Assembly (NCBI GenBank): GCA_958296115.1
Contig: OY282442.1
Coordinates: 1,902,943-1,966,942 of the forward strand
Source of the DNA: an uncultured Dehalococcoidia bacterium
GTDB lineage: Bacteria > Chloroflexota > Dehalococcoidia > Lucifugimonadales > CAJWER01
Direction of reading: 5' to 3'
DNA length: 64,000 nt
Shown here: positions 34,990 to 45,803 of the stretch, one piece after another
How the letters are laid out: the number at the start of each line of letters is the position of its first letter
How positions within the stretch are numbered: position 1 is the stretch's first letter
Translations under genes and position numbers: made by a program
Notes under the pieces: generated by a model
Databases searched by the model: none
What the model was told of the DNA's origin: nothing
The model's input: the letters and a program-made list of their open reading frames with translations, nothing else

Positions 34990-35672
34990 TGGCGGCGAGG
35001 CTCAACTTCATAGTGGAAGGACAGACCGAAGAGACCTTCGTGAAAAACATCTTGGGGCCGCACCTGGAGAGCCTGTCCATAGAGACTGCGTGGCGAAGTG
35101 TAGAGACGGGCCGCAAGGGCGGCTACGTACATCGCGGAGGTCTCAGCAGATACGCGCAAGCGAAGAGGGACATAACCGCTTGGATGAATGAGGACGCGGA
35201 CGCGCGGTTCACGACCATGTTCGACCTGTATGGGCTTCCGGAGGACTTCCCGGGCAACAAGGACGAGGCGCTGACGGGCAACCCCTATCGGCGCGTCGAG
35301 GGCTTGGAGCAGGCGCTGCGCGAGGACATATCCGACCCGCGGTTCATTCCGTACATCCAGCTTCATGAGTTCGAGGCGCTGCTGCTGGCCGACCCCCAGA
35401 AGCTCGATGTTCAGTTCTACGACCGCCCCAAAGGAATACGCAGTCTCGTAACGATGGCGTCGCGCTTCGAGTCGCCCGAGCTGATAGACGAAGGGGGAGA
35501 AACCGCGCCGTCGAAGCGAATCATCAAAAAGATACCAGAGTATAAACATAGGAAGAGGTCAGCCGGCCCCATCGTGGCAAGCTACATCGGGCTGCCAACG
35601 CTGCGGTCGAGGTGCGCGCACTTCGGGGAGTGGGTCCGTGAGTTGGAGCGCGTCGGGCAGCCAACGGATTGA
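34989..35672 (+). CDS. DUF4276-like protein (Toprim-like partner of the ATPase)
   Basis: The ATG overlaps the ATPase stop (TGATG). The N-terminus LNFIVEGQTEETFVKNIL matches the DUF4276 pattern (acidic EGxxE) as I recall it. It also contains HEFEALLLADP. Confidence 0.6.
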   Translation: MAARLNFIVEGQTEETFVKNILGPHLESLSIETAWRSVETGRKGGYVHRGGLSRYAQAKRDITAWMNEDADARFTTMFDLYGLPEDFPGNKDEALTGNPYRRVEGLEQALREDISDPRFIPYIQLHEFEALLLADPQKLDVQFYDRPKGIRSLVTMASRFESPELIDEGGETAPSKRIIKKIPEYKHRKRSAGPIVASYIGLPTLRSRCAHFGEWVRELERVGQPTD

Positions 35673-35770
35673 TGGAGAGCGCAACGGCCTCTATCATAGT
35701 ATGAGCCGGGGTTGTGGATAGGAGAGATGCAAGCGGCGCTGGATTGCGATAACCGGGGGGTTCCGGGTTG

Positions 35771-38700
35771 ATGAGCAAGGCTACGGACACCAGCGAGCGG
35801 GGGCTGGAGCGGCTGATATGCGCGGCGCTGACCGGGTGGACGGGCGACGAGCCGCAGAGGGTGCGCGAGCGGCCGTCGACCTATGGGGCTGGGTGGCTTT
35901 GCGGCGACCCCCAGAGCTATGACCGCGAATACTGCGTGGACCTGGCGCAGCTTGCGGCCTTCCTGCGGGATACGCAGCCGGAGGCGGCCGCGGACCTCGG
36001 CCTCGACGCGGACGGCCCGGCGCGGCGGAGGTTCTTGGCGCGGCTGCAATCCGAGGTCGGCAAGCGCGGGGTGGTCGACGCGCTGCGCGGCGGCGTCAAG
36101 CACGGGCCGCGCGAGCTCGACCTGTTCTACGGGATGCCGTCCCCCGGCAACGCGGCGGCGGGCGAGCGCTATGGGGCCAATCGGTTCAGCGTAACCCGCC
36201 AGCTGCGGTACAGCCGGGGCAACGCTCAGCTGGCGCTCGACCTGTGCATGTTCGTCAATGGGCTGCCGATAGCCACGTTCGAGCTCAAGAACAGCCTCAC
36301 CAAGCAGACCGTCGATGACGCCGTTCGGCAGTACAAGCGAGACCGAGACCCGCGGGAGAGGCTGTTCGAGCAGGGCCGATGCATGGCGCACTTCGCGGTC
36401 GACGACCAGCAGGTCTATTTCTGCACGCATCTCAAGGGCGAGTCGTCGTGGTTCCTGCCGTTCAACCGCGGCTGGAACGACGGCGCGGGCAATCCGCCGA
36501 ATCCGAACGGGCTGAAGACCGATTACCTGTGGGAGGAGACGTTCACGCGCGACAGCCTGACGGACATCATCGAGAATTACGCGCAGGTCGTCGAGACCGG
36601 GGACAAGCGCGGCGGACGCAAGGGCAGGGCGCAGATATGGCCGCGGTTCCACCAGCTGGAGGTAGTGCGGAAGCTGCTGGCGGACGTGTCCGAGTCAGGC
36701 GCGGGACGCCGGTACCTGGTGCAGCATTCGGCGGGGAGCGGCAAGTCGAACTCGATAGCGTGGCTGGCGCACCAGCTCATCGGGGTGGAGCGTGACGGCG
36801 GGGCGCTGTTCGCCTCGGTGATAGTGGTGACGGACCGCGTGGCGCTGGACAGGCAGATTCGGGACACGGTCAAGCAGTTCGCGCAGGTGGCCTCGGTCGT
36901 GGGCCACGCGGAGCGGTCGGGCGACCTGCGGCGGTTCATCGAGCAGGGCAAGAAGATCATCATTTCGACGGTGCAGAAGTTCCCGTTCATCCTCGACGAG
37001 GTCGGGAGCGAGCATCGGGGGCGGCGGTTCGCCATCATCATAGACGAAGCGCATTCGAGCCAGGGCGGACGCGCCTCGGCGGCGATCTCGAAGGTTCTTT
37101 CCGAAGAGGGGGACGCCGAGGACGGCGATACGAAGGTTCTTTCCGAGGACGGGGCCGCCGAGGACGGCGATACGATGGAGGACGAGATCAACCGGCTCAT
37201 CGAGTCGAAGAGGCTCCTTCCGAACGCAAGCTACTTCGCGTTCACGGCCACGCCCAAGAGCAAGACGCTGGAGATATTCGGGGAGCGGGAGCGGCAGCCG
37301 GACGGAACGGGACGCCGCCGGCCATTCCATAGCTACACGATGAAGCAGGCCATTCAGGAGGGGTTCATCGTGGACGTGCTGGAGCGCTACACGCCGGTGG
37401 ACAGCTACTACAGGTTGGTCAAGACGGTGGAGGGCGACCCCGAGTTCGACACGAGGCGGGCTGGGAAGAAGCTGCGGCGCTACGTCGAGAACCACGAGCG
37501 GGCGATTCGCGTCAAGGCGGAGATAATGGTGGACCACTTCCACGAGCAGGCGCTGGCGTCGCGCAAGGTCGGCGGACAGGCTCGCGCGATGGTGGTGACG
37601 AGCGGCGTCCAAAGGGCAATCCGATACTATTACGCCATCAGCGCCTACCTGAAGGAGCGCAAGAGCCCGCACCGCGCCATAGCGGCCTTTTCCGGCGAGC
37701 ATGAGTACGAGGGATCGAAGGTTACAGAGGCGATAATCAACGGGTTCTCGTCGAGCAGGATAGCCGAGCGGATACGGAAGCACCCGTACCGGTTCTTGGT
37801 CTGCGCCGACAAGTTCCAGACAGGCTACGACGAGCCGCTGATGCACACGATGTACGTGGACAAGCCGCTGGCCGGAATCAAGGCGGTGCAGACGCTGTCG
37901 CGCCTGAACCGGGCGCACCCGGACAAGCACGACGCGTTCGCGCTCGACTTCGCAAACGACATAGACACCATTCAGTACGCCTTCTCCGACTATTACCGCA
38001 CGACCATCCTCTCGAAGGAGACCGACCCGGACAAGCTGCACGACATGAAGGCGCTGCTGGACGGCCGCCAGGTGTACACCCAGGATCAAGTCTCGGAGCT
38101 CGTCGAGCGCTGCCTCGCGGGGGAGAAGCGCGACAGGCTCGACCCGATTCTGGACGCCTGCGTCTCGGAGTACCTGGAGCAGCTCGACGAGGACGGCCAG
38201 GTGAGCTTCAAGGGGACGGCGAAGGCGTTCCTACGGGCGTATGGATTTCTGGCGTCTATCTTGCCCTATGGGTACGCCGAATGGGAGAAGCTCTCCATCT
38301 TCCTGGACTTCCTAACGCCCAGGCTGCCCGCGCCGGCGGAGGACGACCTGTCCCGGGGCGTGCTGGAATCCATAGACATGGATAGCTACCGGGCGGAGAA
38401 GCAGTCGGCGCAGGAGATCCGCCTTTCGGACGAGGACGCCGAGATCGAGCCGGCGCCAACCGACGGCGGGGGCGCCAAGCCCGACCCCGACATGGACCGG
38501 CTGTCGAACATCGTGCGGGACTTCAACGACAGGTTCGGGAACATCGACTGGAGGGACGAGGACAAGATAACGCGGGTAATCTTCGAGGACCTGCCGGCGA
38601 AGGTGGCTGAGGACAAGGCGTATCAGAATGCGATAGTGAACTCCGATCTCCAGAACGCGCGGATAGAGCACGACAAGGCCCTGAGGCAGGCCGTAACCGA

Positions 38701-38824
38701 TGGGCTTGCGGACCATGCCGAGCTGTTCAAGCAGTTCAGCGACAACGAATCGTTCCGCAAGTGGCTGATGGAGATGGTCTTCTCTATGACGTACAGGCCT
38801 GCCGAGCCCGCCAATGCGTCGTGA
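35771..38824 (+). CDS. hsdR: Type I restriction enzyme, R subunit (helicase-nuclease)
   Basis: It has an N-terminal nuclease region (LDLCMFVNGLPIATFELKN), helicase motif I HSAGSGKSNS, the DEAH box IIIDEAHSSQGG, later helicase motifs, and a long C-terminal domain. Confidence 0.9.
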   Translation: MSKATDTSERGLERLICAALTGWTGDEPQRVRERPSTYGAGWLCGDPQSYDREYCVDLAQLAAFLRDTQPEAAADLGLDADGPARRRFLARLQSEVGKRGVVDALRGGVKHGPRELDLFYGMPSPGNAAAGERYGANRFSVTRQLRYSRGNAQLALDLCMFVNGLPIATFELKNSLTKQTVDDAVRQYKRDRDPRERLFEQGRCMAHFAVDDQQVYFCTHLKGESSWFLPFNRGWNDGAGNPPNPNGLKTDYLWEETFTRDSLTDIIENYAQVVETGDKRGGRKGRAQIWPRFHQLEVVRKLLADVSESGAGRRYLVQHSAGSGKSNSIAWLAHQLIGVERDGGALFASVIVVTDRVALDRQIRDTVKQFAQVASVVGHAERSGDLRRFIEQGKKIIISTVQKFPFILDEVGSEHRGRRFAIIIDEAHSSQGGRASAAISKVLSEEGDAEDGDTKVLSEDGAAEDGDTMEDEINRLIESKRLLPNASYFAFTATPKSKTLEIFGERERQPDGTGRRRPFHSYTMKQAIQEGFIVDVLERYTPVDSYYRLVKTVEGDPEFDTRRAGKKLRRYVENHERAIRVKAEIMVDHFHEQALASRKVGGQARAMVVTSGVQRAIRYYYAISAYLKERKSPHRAIAAFSGEHEYEGSKVTEAIINGFSSSRIAERIRKHPYRFLVCADKFQTGYDEPLMHTMYVDKPLAGIKAVQTLSRLNRAHPDKHDAFALDFANDIDTIQYAFSDYYRTTILSKETDPDKLHDMKALLDGRQVYTQDQVSELVERCLAGEKRDRLDPILDACVSEYLEQLDEDGQVSFKGTAKAFLRAYGFLASILPYGYAEWEKLSIFLDFLTPRLPAPAEDDLSRGVLESIDMDSYRAEKQSAQEIRLSDEDAEIEPAPTDGGGAKPDPDMDRLSNIVRDFNDRFGNIDWRDEDKITRVIFEDLPAKVAEDKAYQNAIVNSDLQNARIEHDKALRQAVTDGLADHAELFKQFSDNESFRKWLMEMVFSMTYRPAEPANAS

Positions 38825-38846
38825 GGGGGCAGGCCGCCGCGCCGCG

Positions 38847-39191
38847 CTAGGCTAGGTCGGCGTAGAGGTCGTCCGTCTTGGCCGCCATTATGAAGTCGTT
38901 GCGGTGCAGGCCGCGAATCTTGTGCGTCCACCACGCCACGTTGACGCGCCCCCATTCGACGGTCAGCCTGGGATGGTGCCCCTCTTCCTCCGCGGCGTCG
39001 CCTACCGAGTCCGCGAACACCATCGCCTGGATGAAGTCGGCGAACTTGAAGGTCCGGTCGAGCCGCTTGACCCCGCCGTCTTCCGTCAGGCTCCAGTCCG
39101 ACACGACGGGGTGAAGCTCGGCTATCTCCTCGTCCGTCACGCGCGGCGAGTCGCGCCGGCAGGCCACGCACTTCTCTCTTGCCAGTGTCAA
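38847..39191 (-). CDS. 4a-hydroxytetrahydrobiopterin (pterin-4-alpha-carbinolamine) dehydratase
   Basis: 114 aa. EEGHHPRLTVEWGRVNVAWWTHKIRGLHRNDFIMAAKTD is the PCD/DCoH signature. Confidence 0.85.
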   Translation of the reverse strand: MTLAREKCVACRRDSPRVTDEEIAELHPVVSDWSLTEDGGVKRLDRTFKFADFIQAMVFADSVGDAAEEEGHHPRLTVEWGRVNVAWWTHKIRGLHRNDFIMAAKTDDLYADLA

Positions 39192-39293
39192 CTTCGCCCT
39201 CCGTATCCACCCGCTCAGGGTGGCGATTCAGCGCGGCTATTGTATCATAGGCCCCAATGACCGGCGCGCCAATCCGCGAGGAGGACGATACCG

Positions 39294-40037
39294 ATGATCG
39301 ACTTTGCGAACTCGTACATGACCTGGTTCGGAGCCGCAGGCGGAAGCATGTCCAGGATAGCTATTGAGGCTGCCTGCACGCTGATAGACGGTTCCGGGGC
39401 CGAGGACGCCTTCTACCTGATAGCGCCGTGCCGCGCCGAGCACACGCACTCGGACGGCCAGCTAATCGTCATGCCCAACTACGACTTCCGCGGCATCTTC
39501 GGCGAGCGGGAGTACCGGATAATACGCACCCACTGGGTGAGCGAGCCCGACTACCTCGACGATCCCGGCCTCGACACGACCGGAGGCCGCGTATTCGACG
39601 AGGCCGGGCTGCACGGCGGCAAGTGGGACGAGGTCCGGCTCGACGTGCGGCGCTTCGACCGCTTCGCCGAGCTTGGCAGCCAGGCGGAGGTCGTGGACGC
39701 CACGCTCGACAACAGGCCCCTCGTGTCCAGGACGGAGCTGCGGGACGAGCGGTCGGGGACCCGCGCCTTGCTCGAATACCCCGTCAAGACGATGAACGTC
39801 ATGAAGAACCCGGTCCGCTTCCAGATAGACACCGGCCCGATAATCGCGCCGGACTTCGCGTCCACCGCCGAGCTGGCCGTCGCGCGGTTCGACCTCGCGC
39901 ACATTGTGTATAACCTGTTCGACAGGGGGGAGCTGATTCTCCGCAAGCCCGTCGCCGTCGGAGAGGGCGGCGCTGTAACCGATTACTCGGAGCGCGTGGA
40001 GTACACAGGGCGGAACATCGCGCTCGCGGCGGAGTAG
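39294..40037 (+). CDS. hypothetical protein
   Basis: 247-aa ORF with protein-like composition. I recognise no family. Confidence 0.5.
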   Translation: MIDFANSYMTWFGAAGGSMSRIAIEAACTLIDGSGAEDAFYLIAPCRAEHTHSDGQLIVMPNYDFRGIFGEREYRIIRTHWVSEPDYLDDPGLDTTGGRVFDEAGLHGGKWDEVRLDVRRFDRFAELGSQAEVVDATLDNRPLVSRTELRDERSGTRALLEYPVKTMNVMKNPVRFQIDTGPIIAPDFASTAELAVARFDLAHIVYNLFDRGELILRKPVAVGEGGAVTDYSERVEYTGRNIALAAE

Positions 40038-40051
40038 GCCGAACCGCTTCA

Positions 40052-40861
40052 TCACGGCTTGCGGGCCTTGATGGAGAACGTATATGGCGCCGATTCGTTG
40101 TAACGGGGCAGCCGCCACCAGCCGTCCGCGCCCCGCTCCATCGCCGGCAGGGCCTGGTAGAAGCAGAATGGGAATTCGTGCAGGAACTCTATGACAAGCC
40201 CTGCCGCCGCCATTGAGGTGACCACCTCGCTCAGCGGGTGCGTCCACTCATACGACCTAACGGTGGTCTCGCCTTCGCCCGCATAGCTCGGACCCGGTCC
40301 CTCCTCCGTCGCTCCATCTCTGAAGTACGGATGCCGTATCCGGAGGTCTCCGTTCTCGTAATCGAAGATAGCGCTTGCAGGGTGTTGGTCAATGACGTGG
40401 AGGACGCCGCCGGGCTTGAGGAAGTGGGCGGCCACCCGCGCCCACTCGCGCAGGTCGGGAAGCCAGACCAGCGCCCCGTATGAGGTGTACACCACGTCGA
40501 AGCTCTCGGGCTCGTCCAGTGCGGCCGGGAGGTCGTAGATGTTGGAGAGCGTGAAGCGCGTGTCCAGACCGAGCTCGGCTGCCAACGTCCGCGCTAGCGC
40601 GATGGCGTCCTCCGAGAAGTCCACGCCCGTCGCCTTCGCGCCAAGCCGAGACCACGACATCGTGTCCAGCCCGAAATGGCATTGGAGGTGCAGCAGCGAC
40701 CTCCCTGACACGCCGCCCACCTCCTCCAGCTCGATGGGCATGAGGCTGGACCGCCCGGCCCTGAAGCCGTCCACGTCGTATTCTCTGGAAGCCGCGTGGA
40801 TAGGCACGCGCTCGTTCCAGCCAAGCCGGTTCGACTCCATCTCTCGCCTTGAAGCAGCCAT
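40052..40861 (-). CDS. class I SAM-dependent methyltransferase
   Basis: The sequence LLHLQCHFGLDTMSWSRLGAKATGVDFSEDAIALAR contains motif I and post-I. Confidence 0.75.
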   Translation of the reverse strand: MAASRREMESNRLGWNERVPIHAASREYDVDGFRAGRSSLMPIELEEVGGVSGRSLLHLQCHFGLDTMSWSRLGAKATGVDFSEDAIALARTLAAELGLDTRFTLSNIYDLPAALDEPESFDVVYTSYGALVWLPDLREWARVAAHFLKPGGVLHVIDQHPASAIFDYENGDLRIRHPYFRDGATEEGPGPSYAGEGETTVRSYEWTHPLSEVVTSMAAAGLVIEFLHEFPFCFYQALPAMERGADGWWRLPRYNESAPYTFSIKARKP

Positions 40862-40900
40862 AGGACCATCTTACCCGCTATCGAGCGGGACCCGCCACAT

Positions 40901-40965
40901 TAAATCACCCTCACCCGTCAAGGGAGAGGGGGTAAGGCGGGGCTGCCTACAGCCGCCTAGCGCTA
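40901..40965. repeat. REP/MITE-like hairpin element (family 1)
   Basis: The sequence is TAAATCACCCTCACCCGTCAAGGGAGAGGGGGTAAGGCGGGGCTGCCTACAGCCGCCTAGCGCTA. Confidence 0.8.
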
Positions 40966-41024
40966 TACTCCTCACGATGCGCGGGCTGATATTATGTCCC
41001 CTGAACATCCGACCGGAGGCCGCA

Positions 41025-41515
41025 GTGATAATCGCCGTGATAGGGGCCAGCCAGCCGTCAGAGAAGACCGCCCGCCTCGCGCGTCAGGTGGGCGCCGAGC
41101 TCGGGAGGCGCGGTGTTACGCTGGTGTGCGGCGGCCTGGGGGGAGTCATGGAGGCAGCCTGCCGCGGGGCAAAGTCCACTGGCGGCGAGACCGTGGGGAT
41201 ACTGCCGGGCAGCGATCCGTCCGACGCCAATTGCTGGGTGGACATCCGGATCTGCACGGGTATGGGGTATGCCCGGAACGCGATAGTGGTCAAGAGCGGA
41301 CGCGCCGTCATCGCGGTGGGCGGGGCCTACGGGACCCTTTCCGAGATCGGCCACGCCTTGGGCGAGGACGTCCCCGTCGTGGCGCTCGATACCTGGGAGC
41401 TTGCGCGGGGGGGCGTTGCCGACGACTCGATGATCGCGGCCTCCAACCCGACTGAGGCTGTGGAGCTCGCCATCCGCGCCGCCGAGCTCCGCGACGGCCA
41501 TGGAGAGTCATCCCC

Positions 41516-41519
<4 letters not shown>
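41025..41519 (+). CDS. TIGR00725/LOG-like (SLOG superfamily) protein
   Basis: It shows VIIAVIGAS...[33 protein letters not shown]...[19 protein letters not shown]. The GTG at 41025 follows a GGAGG. Its stop overlaps the enolase GTG (GTGA). Confidence 0.75.
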
Positions 41520-42826
<1,307 letters not shown>

Positions 42827-42872
42827 GACCCCGCAGCGCAGCCTGATAGGATCATTTAGGAGGTCCCCTGAG

Positions 42873-43391
42873 ATGAGCGGCATCGCAAGCTACCAGGTTA
42901 CGTGCTTCGACCACCGGCCGGTTGCCGAGGTCAACGCCAACATACGGGCAGCCGCGCGCGCGGTCGACATCCTCCAGATTGACGTTGACTCCATAAGGCG
43001 CGACCACTTCGAGTCGCTGCGGGACGCGCTCGCCAGCGCGCCGGACCTGAGGGTGCGAGTCCTCACCCTGGACCCCGCGAGTCCGTACATCGCCCACCGC
43101 GCCCACCAGCTCGGCGTTACGTTCGCGGAGCTGCGGCAGCAGGTGCGGCGGAACATCAGGGAGCTCGTGAGCGCCCTCAGCGGCCCCAACTTCTCGCTCA
43201 GAATCTACGACGACTACCCGACGCAGATCACCTTCACCATCGACGACGCGGTGTACGTATCGACGATGGCGCGCAACCACCGGAGCCGGGAGCTATGCGC
43301 CTTCAAGCTCGACCGCCGCGCGCCCGGCGTAGACCGATCGTTCGGCTTTCAGTTCGATGCCCTCTGGCACGACTCCAGGGAGTTCAGCTAG
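42873..43391 (+). CDS. hypothetical protein (172 aa)
   Basis: The ATG at 42873 follows TAGGAGG. The pattern DILQIDVDS...RVRVLTLDPASPY...ITFTIDDAVYVS vaguely recalls PLD-like/DUF5919-type domains, which I could not verify. Confidence 0.5.
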   Translation: MSGIASYQVTCFDHRPVAEVNANIRAAARAVDILQIDVDSIRRDHFESLRDALASAPDLRVRVLTLDPASPYIAHRAHQLGVTFAELRQQVRRNIRELVSALSGPNFSLRIYDDYPTQITFTIDDAVYVSTMARNHRSRELCAFKLDRRAPGVDRSFGFQFDALWHDSREFS

Positions 43392-43410
43392 GCCGCGGGG
43401 CCGCAACGAC

Positions 43411-45555
43411 ATGAGCCTGATTCAGCAGCTGCAGAGCCTCGGTCCGGGCCGCATCATCACCATCGCCGGCGTGGGCTATCGCGAGGGAGCGCCCGCCAGG
43501 GACGCGCCCAGCGGGTGGCCCCTCGGCGTCGTGCGGCGGCCGGACGGCGACCTAATCGTTGCGGACTACAAGGCCCACCGCCTCTGGCGCATCGACCGCG
43601 ACGGCATCCTGCACAGGTTCGCGGGCGACGGCGTGCCCGGAGACGCGGGCGACGGCGGGCCTGCCATCCACGCGCGGCTGTACGGCCCCCACGACCTCGC
43701 CCTCGACAGGCAAGGCAACCTATACCTCTCCGACCTGTGGAACAATTGCTACCGCCGGATCGACTACCGGACGGGGACGATAGACCGCGTCGCAGGATCG
43801 GGCCGTGTCGGCAGGGGAGGCGCAGGCGGGCCAGCTCTCGACGCCGAGATCGATACGACGAGCGGTATCGCCGTGGACGACGACGGCAACATCTACCTTT
43901 CCGGCGAGTGGGACAACAACATTCGCCGCATCGACGCAGAGACCGGGAGAATCGAAGTGTTCGCAGGCCAGGAAGCCCGTCACTATCCGACGGAGGACGG
44001 ACCGCGCCGGCCATACACCGGCAGGCTCGCCGGAACCACCTTCGCATGTGAGACCGGGCTGAGCCTCGGTGGCTACCACGGCGACGGCGGCCCCGCCAAA
44101 GACGCAGGCTTCCTGCACCCCGAACACGTCGCCTTCGACTCGAAGGGCAACCTCTACGTCTGCGACAACTCCAACAACCGCATACGCAAGATCGACGCGA
44201 GAACCGGCATAGTCACCACCGCGCTGGGCAACGGCCGCCCTGCGTCGAACGGCGACGGCGGCCCCGCGGAAGACGCCGCCATACTGATGCCTGATTCCCT
44301 TTGCATAGATGTCCACGACAACTTGTATGTCGGCGAGAAGTACGGTTACCGCGTCCGCAAAGTGGACGCCGCCACCGGCATCGTCTCGACCCTCGTCGGC
44401 GATGGCGTTCCAGGCTGGGGCGAGGAGGGCCTGCACGGCTCGCAAACCCGCTGCAATTCCTGTGAGTCAGGTATCTGGGCCGACCCCGACGGCACGGTCT
44501 TCTGGAGCGACTGCTCGGCGCGCCTACGCAGATACGACGGCGCAACCGGCGTCGTAACCACCGCCCTTGGGGGCCTGCGCGTCGGGGACGACGGCCCGGC
44601 CGTCGAGGCGTTCCTGCGCGGCCCTGCGGGGATATGCGTCGGACCCGATGGACACGTCTATTTCGCGGACCCCTGGAACCAGCGCATCCGCGCCATAGAC
44701 CCGCTGACTGGCGTCATCCGCACCGTGGCCGGCAGCGGCGCGCGAGCATTCGGCGGCGATAATGGGCCAGCCATCGAGGCGAGCCTGGGCAGCCCCCACG
44801 ACGTGTCGGTGGACTCCCGGGGCCGGGTCGTCATCGCGGATTCGAGGCACGGGCGCGTCAGGAGGGTCGATGAGGACGGCATCATTCGCGCCATCGCGGG
44901 GACCGCCTTCAAGGCCGACCTGGGCGACGGCGCGGCCGCGGTCTCTGCGAGCCTCTACCACGTCCAGGCCGTCGCGCACGCCCCCAACGACGACATATAC
45001 GTAGGCGACGCCATTGGCCGCATACGGCGCATCGACGCCGTGACGGGCGTGATAACCACGGTGGCCGGCGTCGGCATCCAGGGCTATTCGGGTGACGGCG
45101 GCCCGGCCATCCGCGCGCGCATAGGCGCTCCATCTGCCATCAGGCTCGACCGGGTCGGCAACATCTACTTCACCGACACGGCCTTCCACGTAGTCCGCCG
45201 AGTCGATCCCAACGGCGTCATCTCGACCATAGCAGGCGTGGGCAGGCCCGGATTCTCCCCCGACGGCACGCCCGCCGCCGAGGCCCTCATCGACCAGCCT
45301 TGGGGCCTCGCCGTGAGCCGGGGCGGCCGCGTCTATTTCTCGGACTCGCGCAACAACTTGGTGCGCTGGATAGACCCTGACGGCGCTCTCCGATCCGTCG
45401 CGGGCAGCAGCCAGGCCGGCGACGCTGGGGACGGCGGCCGCGCGGACCGGGCGCGCCTCAACGAGCCTCACGGCCTCTGCTTCTACACCGAGAGCGCGCT
45501 CCTGGTCTGCGACCACTACAACAACCGCGTTCGAGCCGTCCGTCTCGACGCGTGA
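43411..45555 (+). CDS. NHL-repeat beta-propeller protein, paralog of 9605..11722
   Basis: It is collinear with the first copy from the N-terminus (IITIAGVGYREGAPARDAPSGWPLGV versus IATIAGVGYVEGVAAKDAPAGWPLGI) to the C-terminus (NNRVRAVRL versus NNRIKAVRL). Confidence 0.8.
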   Translation: MSLIQQLQSLGPGRIITIAGVGYREGAPARDAPSGWPLGVVRRPDGDLIVADYKAHRLWRIDRDGILHRFAGDGVPGDAGDGGPAIHARLYGPHDLALDRQGNLYLSDLWNNCYRRIDYRTGTIDRVAGSGRVGRGGAGGPALDAEIDTTSGIAVDDDGNIYLSGEWDNNIRRIDAETGRIEVFAGQEARHYPTEDGPRRPYTGRLAGTTFACETGLSLGGYHGDGGPAKDAGFLHPEHVAFDSKGNLYVCDNSNNRIRKIDARTGIVTTALGNGRPASNGDGGPAEDAAILMPDSLCIDVHDNLYVGEKYGYRVRKVDAATGIVSTLVGDGVPGWGEEGLHGSQTRCNSCESGIWADPDGTVFWSDCSARLRRYDGATGVVTTALGGLRVGDDGPAVEAFLRGPAGICVGPDGHVYFADPWNQRIRAIDPLTGVIRTVAGSGARAFGGDNGPAIEASLGSPHDVSVDSRGRVVIADSRHGRVRRVDEDGIIRAIAGTAFKADLGDGAAAVSASLYHVQAVAHAPNDDIYVGDAIGRIRRIDAVTGVITTVAGVGIQGYSGDGGPAIRARIGAPSAIRLDRVGNIYFTDTAFHVVRRVDPNGVISTIAGVGRPGFSPDGTPAAEALIDQPWGLAVSRGGRVYFSDSRNNLVRWIDPDGALRSVAGSSQAGDAGDGGRADRARLNEPHGLCFYTESALLVCDHYNNRVRAVRLDA

Positions 45556-45803
45556 CGGAGACCGAGACGATACACTGGCCCCAGCCACCGACTGTGCCGA
45601 ACGACGTTGACCTGAGATAGCGCGGCGTGTATAGTCAGGGTCCGGGCTATGCCCGGGCCCATTTGGGAGTCCTGCTGGCCGGGGCTTCCATTTGGTTTAA
45701 CGCTCAGCCTCGGCCGCCATATGACAGGCCGGGAACCTCGCCCCAGGTCCCTCGCTACGCTTCAGGACGACAAGCGCATGGCTCTCCAGGCGCTCCCGCC
45801 GTT

